A stretch of 64,000 nt of DNA from Octopus vulgaris (Eukaryota): contig OX597816.1 of assembly GCA_951406725.2 (NCBI GenBank), positions 140,182,001 to 140,246,000 on the forward strand, read 5' to 3'. Under the pieces are notes generated by a model. That model searched no databases. It saw only the letters and a program-made list of their open reading frames with translations, and had not been told where the DNA came from. The position numbers and the translations under genes were made by a program. How positions within the stretch are numbered: position 1 is the first letter of the stretch; each line of letters starts with the position of its first letter. Below, piece after piece: positions 44,280-62,092 of this stretch.

Positions 44280-44650
44280 ACGAAAAGGAAAAACATGATA
44301 ATTGACATAGCATGTTCTATTGACAACAGGATCGAAGAAAAAGAAAAGAAAAAGCTAACAACTATGGTGAATTGAAGTGAGAAATACGCAGGTTGTTGGC
44401 AATGAAGCGATCAGACGTGTTACCAATAGTGATTGGCTCGCTTAGAAGTATCGGTTCTCAACTACCAGCGTGGTTCAAAAAGATTGGAACAAATGTAAAG
44501 ATAGAACGCCTACAAAAATCATTGCTTGGAACTACAATCGTACTTTGCAAGGTTCTTGAAGCATGGTCAGAAAACAAGTGTCACCTTAGTTAGGTGGCTT
44601 TGGACAGCTGACACTTTCCATCCTGTCCAACAAAATAAGCTGAGAGTTTT
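44280..44650 (+). mobile_element. Degenerate R4/Dong-like 3' fragment
   Basis: PIVIGSL..IERLQKSLLGT..VLE remnants. Confidence 0.6.
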
Positions 44651-45586
44651 CATGAAATAATTATAATAAATATTCTAAAGGCAAATAGCAATATATTAAT
44701 ATAACGCAAATAATATCAGCTTCAAATTTTGGCTCAAGGACACTAATTTGGGGGAAAGGATAAGTCAATTACATCCACTCGAGTACTAAACTAGTACTTA
44801 TTTTATTGACCACGGATGGATGAAAGGTAAAATCAACGTCGGCGGAATTTGAACTCAGAACGTAAAGACAAACGAAATGCCGCTAGACATTTTACCCGCT
44901 GTGCTAACGATTCTGCCAGCTCCCCACCTTTAAAGAATGACAGTGTGTACTTATATTTCACTTATACCCCCATGGCTCATTCCTCCCATTGTATAGTGCC
45001 GTTGGTGATCTAAAATTAGGAATCGAAATGAAGTCTTTGGTGAGCAGAGATATGGTCCGGGGCCAAGAACGTCGGAAGTCCCAACTGTCACAGGTGAGCG
45101 ACCGATACCTTAATAGTTTGCTTTTCTCAGCCTTATTAGCAATGAGGGGCCTACCGCCATGGAATGGGAAAATTGCCCATATTTCAATTATACCCCATAG
45201 CTCATTCTCCCCATTCAATAGGGTCATTAGCAATCTATAAGTAGGAGTCGTTATGAAGTCTTTGCAACGATGTAACAGATTGTAAGTTTCATTCAAATGT
45301 GTTCTGTGAAATGTATGCAAGTTTTGTGGTTGAGTGGGAATCTGTATATGGATGGCAGTATTTTACACACAACCTCATCGCTCCCTCCCCATTGTGTCAC
45401 TAGAGAGGTGTAATGTCAGTGTTTTAGAATACTGACGTTTTGATGAGTTATAAAAAAGCTCAAAGATCCCTCCCGACCTCATAAAGCCGGTTTCCCTGAT
45501 TCTGTGTCTTATATGCAAACGTGGATGGGCTGCATCTATTCAAACATGTATTTTGTTTTATTCCATTCTCCTCTCTACTCTTATGT

Positions 45587-45939
45587 TATTACCTCCGCCT
45601 TCGCTAACGCGGAGGTATTGTTTTCAGTCGTGTTTGTTTGTTTGTTCGTCCGTGGACAAGATATCTCAAAAACCGTTGGATGGAGTCGGTTGAAACTTTC
45701 AGGGATGTTTGGCTTCATGACCGGATTTTAGGATCGATCAGGTACCGGATAAAGATTCTGGATCATTTTTCCGGGATTTTTACTTAATTTTTTAGAAAGG
45801 TCGGGTTCATTGTTAGTATTCTCATTTGTGAGAGGAGTCGAATTTAAGATAGTATCATTTTAAAAATCATATCCAGTTAATCGTTGAGAGGATGTTGGTA
45901 TTCCCTTGACGGAAATTTGCGCTCTCTGAGAGCTCTTGT
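45587..45939 (+). mobile_element. Probable non-autonomous Helentron-associated (HINE/DINE-like) element
   Basis: 5' self-complementary acctccgc..gcggaggt, internal (TTTG)n, decayed 3' subterminal repeat gacggaaa followed by a short hairpin gctctc-t-gagagc. Confidence 0.5.
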
Positions 45940-46676
45940 GACAGTTATTTTTAAAATTCTCAAAAGACCTGGCTGTATAGTTGAGAAGCTTTCTTCCTAA
46001 CCAAATGGTCTTGGGTTCATTCCCATTTGGGCAAGCGCTTTCTACTGTAGCTCCGGGCCGCCGAAAACCTTGTCAGTGAATTTGGTAAGCAGAAACAAAA
46101 ACAAACAAACCCATCGTATATGAATGTATATGTGTGTACGTGCGCGCGCGTCTTTTTGTGTCTTTGTGTGTCAATTGTTTTTCTCCCTCACCACTCACTG
46201 CTTGACAATCGGTGTTGATTTATTTACCTCCCTGTAACTTAACGTTTCGGCAAAAGAAACTGACAGAATAAATACCAGACGGTAAAAAGTACTAGTGGCA
46301 ATTTGTTTTGGCATAGATCCTTTAAGGCGGTACCCCAGCATGGCTGCAGTGCAACCATCGAAACAAGTAAAAGATAAATATGAAAGTCTGAACCAGTCAA
46401 TGCTCAACAAACATTAGGTTCATCTAATATGAATCTATATACCAATGCTATACTCCACCGCTACTCATTAATGTTCTACTTTTAGAGGACGTTAGAATAA
46501 GTACCAGGCTTTAAGAAAATAAGTACTGGGGTCGATACATTTGACTAAAAATTCTTCAAGACGGTGCACCAGCATGGCCACAGTTCAATGACTGAAAAAA
46601 AGCAAATGATAAAAGATATATGCATGTATGTAGAAATATATGTATGTATGCATATATATATATATACAAATATTTA

Positions 46677-46713
<37 letters not shown>

Positions 46714-46821
46714 GGCGCTGCAGAGTTCCTGACTTTAAGAGTATCGCAAAAGACTTTGCTGCAGGCCCAACCTTCCAGGTTCTTTTACAGGATTTATAAA
46801 AAACGTTATATATATAAATAT

Positions 46822-46914
<93 letters not shown>

Positions 46915-46929
46915 TATATATATATACTC

Positions 46930-49932
<3,003 letters not shown>

Positions 49933-50349
49933 CCGCCGTAAGATAAGAATAAAGCCGTATGATAGATATTCAATGGAATACTGTCGGCATTTCCTCTTAG
50001 TCGGAGGGACAGAATTTTGGCTTAAGCATTCCATATAACCCACCCCATAATTTTTCTATTTTTTGGAATTTTCAGGAAAATGTCTGCGAATTTGTCTCCT
50101 ACACATGGACATTCATAAGATTATGCAAATACAATTTTTGTGTGTTTCAGGCAATTTAGCCGTTGTTTCCTCGTTTCTTTGTCACTATGAGGTATTGATA
50201 TTGTTCAAGAGTGGAATTTAAGCAAACAGTTCTGAGTGTCTGTATTTTAAACTCTGATTTAAAAAAAAGAGAAGTGGGAAATTTTAGTATTTATGGGGTT
50301 TAAAAAGAATTTTTAATCTTTTTTTTTTCCCTACAACAAACGTATGAAT

Positions 50350-51730
50350 TTCAGTGCATAGAACACATATTCGTAAAAATTTCTGAAAACTCCAAAAATG
50401 TTTCTGATATGTTCGCGAAAGTGATCCCTAAGGCGTCGTCCTGTTTTTCCAATGTAAAGAGCACCACAGAGTTTGAATGTAATTCGCCGAAGGGCAACAG
50501 AAGTAGTGTGTTATGTGATATTGCTTCTTGGGCCTTGTGATGGTGATAATATTGTTGATGTAGGGGCATGTGTTAAATCGTCGGTGAGAACATTTAAAAG
50601 TTCCTGGTTGTGTGGAGCTGGGAGGTGTGAAGCTTCAAACAAGAAGATTTCTAAGACTCCTATCATTTTTTAAAAGATTGGAGAGGTGGTGTGGGAAAGA
50701 TAACGGCAGTTGTTGGGTTAGAAAGAAGAATGCAAAAGTTGCGGGTGTGTGCATTTTAGAGGGAGGATGGACGGGTGGTAAGTGAGAGATATTGGAATAC
50801 AGTTGGCAGAAGTGCATAAAGGCGGTAGGAGAGCTGTGGTGCGGTTGATGTCTCGGGCTCGGTGGAGAGCCGGGTCGACAAATGATGGAAGATACCCTCG
50901 ATTCAGAGAAAAAACTGTCGCATCATTTTGCAATGGGATTCGAAAGCCGAATTGATGCTGCAAAGTCGTCGAAGGCGAAGAAATTGAGAGGAAGGTATGG
51001 TAGATTTAATGTGTTTAGGGTGAGAGGAAGAGTATTGGACATAGGAGTGGGAGTCAGTAGATTTATAGCAGACAGAGGCAGAGAGGTGGGTATTGTATAT
51101 TGTGACGGAGATGTCCAGAAAGCAAACAGAAGTATCAGATATTGTGTGGGAGAATTCCAAGGCTAGGTGAAAGGTACTAACGAAGGAAATAAAATCGTCG
51201 AGCTGTTTTCTGTTAAGGTTTGTGATGCCAATACAGTCATCGATGTAACAACCATACAGCTCTGGGATAGGTCCAGAGAAGTGAACAAAAATTTGCTCTT
51301 CTACATAACCTACAAAGAGTTTGGCATAATCGGGGCCTATCCTGGTGCCCATAGCAACACCGCTGGACTGCTTATAGAATTCACCAGAGAAGGGAAAATA
51401 ATTGAGTGTTAAAACGAGCTCGTCTAAGCGGAGGTGTGTAGTAGTGTTGGGTTCAGGTACAGAACGACGGTCTAAGAAGTGTTTCAGTGCTAGTAGACCG
51501 TCGTTGTGAGGGATGACTGTGTACGAAGATTTAATGTCCATGGTGAAGAGGAGTTTGAATTCATCAGGTGGGAAAGAGAATGCATTGAAGAGGTATAGTG
51601 CATTGTTACTGTCTTTGATATGCGAAGATAGGGCAGCGATGAGAGGGGATAAAAGTCTGTCGCGATAAGAAAATAAGAGTTCTGTGAAGCAAGTGAAAGC
51701 AGAGACAATAGAGCGGCCTACCCTGATTTA
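50350..51730 (-). mobile_element. Penelope-like retroelement relic (RT + GIY-YIG)
   Basis: MDIKSSYTVIPH, GVAMGTRIGP, YIDD, FLD, YKSTDSHSY..SSSHP, RLRRLCS; LYIGKTGRRL-like remnant near 50430-50462. Confidence 0.85.
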
Positions 51731-51933
51731 TGTTTGTAGTACTATGGTCTTCAATAAATATTCTCTGGGGAACAGTGAACCGTGTTCTTTGAGACCAATG
51801 CTAAGTATGTGTGTGTGTGCGCGCGGTGTGTCTATGTTTTCGTGATTAAGCACTTAGCCAACTGCTGTCGCCAGTCAATGTGTCTGGGACACTTTTGAAA
51901 GAACTGGCGTATGTGTGCGTGTTTGTGTGTGTG

Positions 51934-51967
<34 letters not shown>

Positions 51968-54900
51968 CACGCGTGTGTGTGTGTGTGTGTGTGTGTGCGC
52001 GTATGTGTGTGTGCGCGCGTGTGTGTGTGTGCGCGCGTGTGTGTGTGTATTTTTCCATCTTAAACTGAGTGTCAACAATACATTCACTGTGTTGTTTTTG
52101 TTTATATTTTTGACTTGCCCAAGGAATCTAATGCTCTTAGTTTAGTTATTTCTTGGGGCTGGCCAGATTGGAGCAATCTCGAGTATAACCAGCCGAAATT
52201 GCAAAGATAATCTGGAACTCGACTGAGGAAAGAAAACTGCGAATGACCCGTCCTTGTTTTCTTTGTATTGTCTATCTGGATGCTGATGGCCTTGTGTCAA
52301 AGTAGAAAGTTAATATTGTAGTTAGCGTATTTAGTATATTTTAGTAAGTATATTTTTGTTCGGAATTGATACTTGAAGCGTTATTTCTCCGAGACTTGCA
52401 TTTTTTCACCCTTGATCTACTCTTCGTTTGCCTTTTCAATTTTCTTTCTATATTCCTTTTTAAATAATCAACAAGGCAAATTTTATCGTGTTATTTTCCT
52501 TCCACTGTGAGAGTTCATCCACTAACTATTATTGCGCTTTATTCTTTGTGTTCTAAAACCTAAAGTGTTTCGCGCATGCAACATTCTATTGCTTTGCTTA
52601 CATTGGTCTGTGAGAGCTAAATATTTCTCTCTCTCTGATAGTTTCTTTTGTTTTATTTGTAATGAATATTTTTTGAAAGTTGTTCTAATCTAGTTTCTTA
52701 GATGTTTAATGTTTTTATTGTTTGTCATAAAATTCCTTGTACCCGGGTAACTATTTGAGTTTAATCGTTGTTATATAAGATTGTTTCCTTAAAAAGAGAA
52801 ACTCATGTTTCTTTTCTGGACCTAATGTCTGTTTAGGTAGAGTTTGGTTCTGATGAGCTAAGTAGCACAATGTCGTCTACAGATATCAGCCGAACCATGC
52901 TACTCACACCTATGGGGACATCATTTACGCAACAGTCGTGCATATCGCTCCAGTGCAAAATTATTATGAAAAGAAGAGGTGACAGTACATATCGCTACTG
53001 AAGTTCAATATCTACATTGAAAGGTTCCGATTTAACACCATCTGTGCATTCGTACAGAGACTTCATGGCAACCAGAACTTGCCCATTAATCCAAACCTAC
53101 TGCAAACTCTATACAGCATGTCCCGCAGCATGAGGTCCTATGCTTTTTCGAGGTCTATAAAACAAGCGTGCATCTTTTGTCAATGTTCCTACGACTTCTT
53201 GAATACCTCCCACAGAATGAATATCTTGTCGGTTGTGCTGTAGCCAGGATGAAAGCCACACTGGGGTTCAACAGTCTCCCAAAAACTCTTTTCCGGACAC
53301 CTATCGCAAACTACCAGGGAAGTTCAACAAGAAGATTCTTCTATAATTAAATCACTCTCTCTTGTCGTTCCTTTTAAAAATTGGGATTATATACAAGTCA
53401 TCCAGAGAATACCCTCTCCATTTAAGGCTCTTACATCTGAGGCCCGAACTTCATCCCCTCCAGTGACCTTGCCACATTTGAGTGCTTTAATCGCTTGTGT
53501 TACTTCAGCCTGTGTTAGATTAGTCTTTGCCACTAGGTACACAACATGTCAACACAAGGATTTTATCGAAACTGGATGTAGGAGATCAGCAAAGTAGTCT
53601 CTTTATCTCCCAAGGATGCTCTTATCTATAGAGAGAAGAACCCTAGCTAAGTTCTAAACGGCAGGTGTAGAAGAGGGCTTGTTACAAAGCTAGAGGATGG
53701 CTAGCCAGAATGCTTTATTGGCCAATCTAAAGTTAGAGTCCATCTTAACTCCAAAGCACTCCCCTGACGTTGTAACTGTCTTTGCAGCAACTTTTCGCGT
53801 CTCAATGTAACGCCTGTGCAGAGGAGAAGACTTGTTTCCAAAACAAGCTTTTTTCTCTGCTCGGGAGGCATTTTTAACTTCCTGCTTAAACTAGAGGATT
53901 CTTTTGTCACCTGGCTCCACATCTAGTCACATACGTCCACTGCATTGTACAGCCGAAGAAAAAATCTACCGAACAAAATAATCTCCCCTACGTTTCGACA
54001 TCTTCAGTGTGTTCAGGAGGGGCTCTGGATTTGGATGCAATAGCACGCACATATTTGTTTCGGTTCCTTCATCTGCCAGGACTTCTCACTTTATCCAGTT
54101 AGTCGCACAGTTTTGTGAATTCTCCTTGCTGTGAATAGTCAAAGGTTGCAGACAACTAAGTAGAAATCAGCTGATATCTTCGTCCTTCTCTTTACACAAA
54201 TGTCCAGCACAGAATCTATCAGTGACCTTTGTCCCAAAGTATCACAGTGCTAGAAGGATGTGTTCATAATGGAGATCTCGTTCTCAGTAAAGGAATCTAG
54301 TAAGTCTTCTTCATTTGTATTAAGTTCAGAGTCACAATCCAATTTCCATTTCCACAATCGCTTCTTTCCACGACAGTGATAGGTGCCAGCATGTGCATTG
54401 AAGTCTCCTTGTCAGGGCAAATGACTTGGTCTTAACTACATCTAAAGCTACAGTAACCTTGTTTGGCATGAATTTCGTTACTAACCGCTCCTAATACCGC
54501 AGTTGCTGGAAACTCAGTGTGCATCACTCCGAGGACAGCAGAAGGACCTGCACATAACCATCTGTCAATTTTCCGGCAAGACTTGAGGTTTTGGTCGAAG
54601 TTTTCCTCATTAAAGAACCGAAGCATGGCATGTCCACCACATCTTTAAACTTGTTAAGTAACTACTTGGCACAGACCAAACGGCTTTCCCTGTTTCAGAA
54701 GTGAATTAACCACTCATTAGTACATATGACTCATATAACTTCTCCCCTTGCCCCACAATTCTGATAGCCCTATCCAATGCCCGAAGCTCTTTGGTGATGG
54801 TTTTCATTTATTTCCAGAATCATTAGTAATGTTTTGAACCCGTTAGATGAATTACGATGTTCCTATGAGAATATCCGAACGTTTAGAATGTTTTTTCACT

Positions 54901-55161
54901 TTGATGCGGTATAAAAATTCCAGAGTTTCCAATCCCATCTGAATTTTGAGTACAAAAGAATTTGCAACATTTAGAAAGTTGACAATTTCTAAATCGCTGT
55001 GTTCCGCGCATATGGCAACAATAACTATTGCATACTTTTTTTTATTTCTTGAGTTAGCATTTTATCTGCCATGGGGATCGGAAAGATATTAAATACTTTT
55101 TATGTGGTTTGAGAAGAGCATTATTCTGATTATCAAATATCCTCAAATACCCTTCGCACTC

Positions 55162-55220
<59 letters not shown>

Positions 55221-55373
55221 TTGTGTTTGCTTGTATATGTATATATTGACAGATGGGTGAATCGATCGAGCGATCAACCGATCAGTCGAGCGATGTATGT
55301 GTGTGAAAGTTTGTGCGTTCCTGTGTATGTGTGTGTATGTGTGTGTATGTGTGTGTGTATGTATCTATGTATG

Positions 55374-55407
<34 letters not shown>

Positions 55408-55447
55408 TGTATGTATGTATGTATGTATGCACGCACATTGATATGTA

Positions 55448-55492
<45 letters not shown>

Positions 55493-55494
<2 letters not shown>

Positions 55495-56009
55495 CACATA
55501 AAGGTGTCTTCCTAATTACATATGATTTCTTCTCTCCCACACACAATGCCCATCCTACAATTCATTTTACGTCTTTGTTTGACTGCAGTTTTTTAAATTT
55601 CATTTCTACAATATTGGCATCACTCGATATAACAGTGCTGTAATTTTACAATACTACGATTCCGGAACTCTCAGTTTAACTCAGGAAATGCATTGTAATA
55701 TCTGTTGCAACATGTTGGACAGGTTTTGTTTTCAACCCCCAGATAGTGTATACCTGCGATGAAAGGTGTCTAGCATGGGAGGGTCTTTTTGCATATATTA
55801 GGGTTACATTGGTCAATGTATCCTTTATTTTCTTTTAAGAGAGAGGAGTGTCATTTGAAGGTACTCAGTACAATCTAGCTGCTAAATACATACTAATCAC
55901 ATATGTTTGTACGTGAGCTTGAGTGTGTGTTTATGTTTGTGTGCATATGTGACCGTGTGTGTACTTCTTAACCTAGTAATAATACATGTATTACACATAT
56001 ACACACACG

Positions 56010-56050
<41 letters not shown>

Positions 56051-56579
56051 TGTGTGTATATGTGTAATACATGTATTATTACTAGGTTAAGAAGTACACA
56101 CACGGTCACATATGCACACAAACATAAACACACACTCAAGCTCACGTACAAACATATGTGATTAGTATGTATTTAGCAGCTAGATTGTACTGAGTACCTT
56201 CAAATGACACTCCTCTTCTCTTAAAAGAAAATAAAGGATACATTGACCAATGTAACCCTAATATATGCAAAAAGACCGCCTCGCCATGGCTAGACACCTT
56301 TCATCGCAGGTATACACTATCTGGGGGTTGTAAAACAAAAACCTGTCCAACATGTTGCAACAGATATTACAATGCATTTCCTGAGTTAAACTGAGAGTTC
56401 CGGAATCGGTAGTATTGTAAAATTACAGCACGTGTTATATCGAGTGATGCCAACTATTGTAGAAATGAAATTTAAAAAACTGCAGTCAAACAAAGACGTA
56501 AAATGTGAATTGTAGGATGGGCAATGTGTGTGGGAGAGAAGAAATCATATGTAATTAGGAAGACACCTTTAATGTGCTA
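55493..56579. repeat. ~1.1 kb palindrome (inverted duplication) centred on (TA)n, present only in copy 2
   Basis: 55493-56010 is the reverse complement of ~56048-56579, with scattered 1-2 nt deletions; mirror-image ORFs 55897(-) and 55907(+). Confidence 0.9.
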
Positions 56580-56580
56580 C

Positions 56581-56731
56581 GATTGGTATTGTATGAGCTA
56601 AATTTGACTTACAGTATACGCCCCACCTATCATTTCAAAATTTTTCTATATATATATATACTTCAGCCAAGAGAATTACATACGACTTTGACCAAGCCAA
56701 ATCTTCTGGAAGTATACAGAAACAAGCTAAG
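56581..56731 (+). promoter_or_regulatory. Putative promoter and non-coding first exon of tyrosinase copy 2
   Basis: Same as 23281-23431; donor aag|gtaagt at 56731/56732. Confidence 0.45.
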
Positions 56732-57731
56732 GTAAGTGTCTTCCTGTATTATGACATTTCGGTACAGCACTAATACTGAAGATCTGATTTATCAACTGTT
56801 TCCCAGTCTCATGTAAAAGACAGAACTTTTGCGACGTTTGCAATGACACTAATGACTTGATTAGAGAGTTTACACTAAATTCCTCCATTTTTTTTATATA
56901 TGTATATTCTAGTAATCTTTGGTTATCTTTACTCTAGGATCGATTAAATTGACACCTCTAATATTCTGCGATCGATTCAAACTTTGAAACCAATGCTCTT
57001 TATTCTTCTGAAGAGCGCTAGCTTAGAAAATAGACTCAGAGAAATTACCTAATTCTCAAGAGCGAATTCAAAAATCGTAAATCGCACCGCAGCAGAGAAA
57101 ACCTAAGAAAACCTGCTTAATAACTTTGGAACATTGTTGTAAAGGTATTACATTTTGATAATGCCTATACTGCCAATAAATGCATGAAAGTTATACGATT
57201 GTATCTCCTTTCTCCCGCACTGAAAGTCTCCAGAAAAATTCAAATAAGCTTGACAAGCAAAAATATAATAGTCATACTGAATCACCGTTGAAGTCTGACA
57301 GTACGACTGAAAAGCATTTCTTCATAATTAATGTCTAAGCAGAATATTTTGAAACAATGTTTACAAGGTTAGCCCAATCTTTCACTAGGTAGAATACATA
57401 TATACGCTATTTTCCCCATAGATATATGAAATGTAAATACATAACATAAACATACGTCTCCTGAAAAGCTGTGTTATATTCGTGTCGCTGAATATAAGGT
57501 GAAATATTTATGATTAAACTTAGTCATAAGCTTGAGGACATGAAAAGCATGTATGGAAGAACAATTTTTTTTATTCTTAAATTTTTTTTTTTATTTGTTC
57601 CTACATTTGAATTCTTTCGTTGTGTTTATGTGGCAACTATCAAATTGATTTGGCCTGAAAAGTAAATAAATTAATGAGTAAATGCATATTTGCAATATAT
57701 AAAGTAAACTATACAGAGGTGTGTGTGTGTG

Positions 57732-57817
<86 letters not shown>

Positions 57818-58587
57818 TTTTTCTCAAAATAACCACCAAAATTGCCAATACATTTCTGTTTCCTTGCCACAGAATAAAAAATGGACTTTTCGAAGAAATC
57901 TCAACCACATTTGCTGAAGAATTGCTCTACTAATTGCTTAAGCTCATTTTGATTTTTAAGAATATGTCCTTATAAATATTTCTTAAGATAGAAAGATATA
58001 CTAAATTCGCTCAGAGTGAAATAAGGGCTCTAGGATAGATTTCAGAACGTAGCGAAACGAAGAAGCTTAAGTTGTTGAAAAACTGACAGCAGTAGTGTGT
58101 ATTGTCTTGAAGATGCGAGAATAGAATGTTATTTTCCTTCCTGATACTGCCTACCATTTGACTTTATAATCTGATAGATTTGTTAGCAAAATCCCATAAG
58201 ATTAGGCCAAGGTGCTCTCCAAAATAAAACTCAGAAAATTCTATTGATCTTTAGTGAATGGTTATATTATTGATCTTCATTGATGGCTTTTGTTCGCTAG
58301 ATGATATCTTAGTTTCTGAGAAGCAAAAGTAGACTGGTGCTTTGTCATGTATTTTACCTTTTACTTGTTTCAGTCATTAGACTTCGGTCATGCTGGGAGG
58401 TTTTTTGAAGAAGTTTTTGGCTGAATAAATTGACCCCAGTACTTAATAATATTTTCTTTTTTTGCTAAGCCTGGTGCTTATTCTACCGGCCTAGTTTACT
58501 GAACCGCTAAGCTACGAGGATGTAAATACAGCAACACCGATTGCCAGTGGTGGTACGGGACAAACACAGACACAAAGACACACACAT

Positions 58588-58636
<49 letters not shown>

Positions 58637-58647
58637 TTCATACATAT

Positions 58648-58744
<97 letters not shown>

Positions 58745-58745
58745 C

Positions 58746-59005
58746 ATATAGTGTACATTTAAACACATAAGGAATCCACTCGTGGAATTCAACACGCTAG
58801 AAAGAACACCTAGGTTCTATAACCACAAAAATTAGGTATAAATTTCGACAGGAACGAAATGAAACTTGATGGTAAGATGTTTTTATTTTTCATTTCGTTC
58901 CTGTCGAATCTTATCCCTAATTTTGTGGTTATAGAACCTATGTGTTCTTTCTAGCGTGTTGAATTCCACGAGTGGATTCCTTATGTGTTTAAACGTACAC
59001 TATAT
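58746..59005. mobile_element. Foldback MITE, copy 2
   Basis: Duplicate of 25424-25683. Confidence 0.8.
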
Positions 59006-59106
59006 ATTATGACTAATTCATGGTCTTTTGGGACTAAAGTTTTACACGTTAGGCCACTGGAAGTGAAAATTTTAATTAATTTTCCATTTCCCTTTGATAT
59101 GTTTAA

Positions 59107-59144
<38 letters not shown>

Positions 59145-59355
59145 GACGGGCTTCTTCCGGGTTCCGTCTACCAAATCGTTTTACAAGGCTTTGGTCAGAC
59201 ACTTGGCAAGGTGCCATGCAATGGGGCTGAACCTGGAACAATGTGGTTCGGAAGCAAGTGTCTTCTACTATAACCTCGGGACGATCAAAGCCTTGTAAGA
59301 GGATTTGGTTGACGGAAACTGAAAGAAGCCTGTCGTATATATATATATATGTATA

Positions 59356-59394
<39 letters not shown>

Positions 59395-60499
59395 ATGCCT
59401 GTAAGTATGTGCGTGTGAGTGTGTGTGTTTTTGTGTGTCTTTGTCCTCCACCACCGCTTGACAGCCGGCGTTGGTGTGTTTACGTCCCCGTAACCTAGCG
59501 GTTCGGCAGAAAATCTTTGGTGCCAGGTTTCAAAAAGTAAGTAGTGGGGTCGATGTCGATTCATTCGACTAAAACTCTTCAAGGCGGTGCCCAGTACGGC
59601 AGTAGTCTAATGGTTGAAACAATTAAAAGATAAAAGTTAAAGATGAAAAATACATACATACATACATACATACATACATACATACATACATACATACATA
59701 CATACATACATACATACATACATACATAGGCGCAGGAGTGGCTGTGTGGTAAGTAGCTTGCTAACTAACCACATGGTTCCGGGTTCAGTTCCACTGCGTG
59801 GCATCTTGGGCAAGTGTCTTCTGCTATAGCCCCGGGCCGACCAATGCCTTGTGAGTGGATTTGGTAGACGGAAACTGAAAGAAGCCTGTCGTATATATGT
59901 ATATATATATATGTGTGTGTGTGTGTTTGTGTGTCTGTGTCTGTCCCCCTAGCATTGCTTGACAACCGATGCTGGTGTGTTTACGTCCCCGTCACTTAGC
60001 GGTTCGGCAAAAAGAGACCGATAGAATAAGTACTGGGCTTACAAAGAATAAGTCCCGGGGTCGATTTGCTCAACTAAAGGCGGTGCTCCAGCATGGCCGC
60101 AGTCAAATGACTGAAACAAGTAAAAGAAAAAGAAAGAAAAGAAAAGAAAGAAAAATACATACATACATACATACATACATACATACATACATACATACAT
60201 ACATACATACATACATACATGTCTATGACACTGAAGCCTATTATAAAGTTCATTTATTCCATATTTTATACTGATTCAATTTATTATATTCAAGGTTACT
60301 CTTTATTATTTATCAAGAAGATAGTTTTGTTTCAAAATATCGCAGTTTTGATGTCTAACTCTCTTTTCGCTTATTAATTTAATTTTAAATTTAAAAATGA
60401 AAAACTTTTTAAATGAGGGTGAGAAATTAGATATTAATTTAATTAACATCGATTTCACACCAGTGGTCTAGCATAAAAAAACTGAAGGTTCAGTAAAAT

Positions 60500-60555
<56 letters not shown>

Positions 60556-61771
60556 TGGTTTCCCTCTAATATATATATATAATACAATTTTACTGAACCT
60601 TCTCTTTTCGCTTATATACATGTTTATGTATGTGATTTATGTGAAAAGACATAAATATTCGTCCATCGATAAATCTTCTATCATACTAGATGAACGTAAA
60701 ACTGCACTTTTGCAAAATTCGTATCATTTAAAATAAAATGCTATTTAGATACTAAGTAACGAGGATGGTAATGTAATATACTTTATACTTTGAAAGATTA
60801 CATTCTACATTGAAACTGCCTTTCTTCAAATTCACTTACGAGGCACATGTATTCAGTCCCATCATACAAGGTGCAAATTTTTACGTGCCTTAAACTGAGT
60901 ACACGTGTGTTACCTATATTTCGGAATGTGTGATTGTGAACATTTTTTTTATATACATATAAACATTTTGATGCTCGACATTTCATTTCTTCTTTACAAT
61001 TCTTTTACTCGGCAGTGCAAAAAAAAAAAAATCAACACACCGCAAAAAAAACAAAAACTCAAAATTTCCCAGTTCGCATCATCGAGCGAAATCACATTCA
61101 CAAACCAGTCCTCACAAACCAATCCTCATAATGAAACAAAAATACTCACAATGAAAAGATCCCCTTTCCCCCACCTTACAAGTTAGAAATATATACTGCT
61201 GCTCATAAGACCTCCATAAAACGTATGAAGTATAATTTTCAGCTGAGTGGAATCACGATATTTCTGGAAAAACTCTCCAATAGTATCACTGACTATTCAT
61301 GTGTCATAGGTTTCATCTATCTTCCACATAACTATTGCAGCTATTTTAATAGCGAATCCTTGTCTACAAAGTTCTGTTATCTATTCTTTTCTCCATAATT
61401 GTGAGAATTGTAAAGCTAATATTTAACATTTCACTTGTAATTTTCTTATTTTCATTGTCTTTGGTGCATGTCATTGAAACGATTGAGAAAAAAGATTGTC
61501 GAAAATCGATAGTTATTATCACCGACAGTATTGTGTGTCTGTGACCCAACCATTGTAATTACACCAACCCCGTACACCTTGACATAATCAGGTAGAGTGA
61601 GTATATAATTCACAATGCATTGATGTCGTTAATGATTGTTCGGTTGCGTGTGCCAAATCTACCATAGCATAACTGATCTTGTTTTATCATTTCTTTTATC
61701 CTGATGTATTTTTTTTTAAATTGTCAACACATGATGTTTTCCATTTTTTTTTTTTTTGTCATTTTCCAGAA

Positions 61772-62092
61772 ATGAATCGTCTCTACTTTGCTTTCGTCAT
61801 ATTGCTGAGTTTTGTTTATGTGAGTTCATATATTCAAGAAGACATTAAGGAATGCTATTCTCAACTGAACATTGGAGGCGATGCTGACACCCAGTTGCAG
61901 TTCTGTATAGAGCAGGTACAAATGAACTGCTCTTCCTTTAAGTGGAGCCCAATTAATGTTGTTTATAAATCACCGAAACAATCAGGAGCAAATAATTTGA
62001 TTATACCTCGAACGAGGAAGGAATATAGATTGCTTAGTAACCAAGAAAGATACGATTTCCTTCGTAGCTTATATCTTTTAAAGCAAGATACG
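61772..62092 (+). CDS. Tyrosinase-like gene copy 2, coding exon 1 (107 aa; remaining exons expected beyond the window)
   Basis: Intact acceptor, ATG, frame and donor acg|gtaaga; paralog of 28381-28704. Confidence 0.87.

Noticed and set aside
44960-45440. Segment with recurring ctcccatt-like motifs, possibly a non-autonomous DNA element
   Set aside because: No clear TIR pair or TSD could be established.
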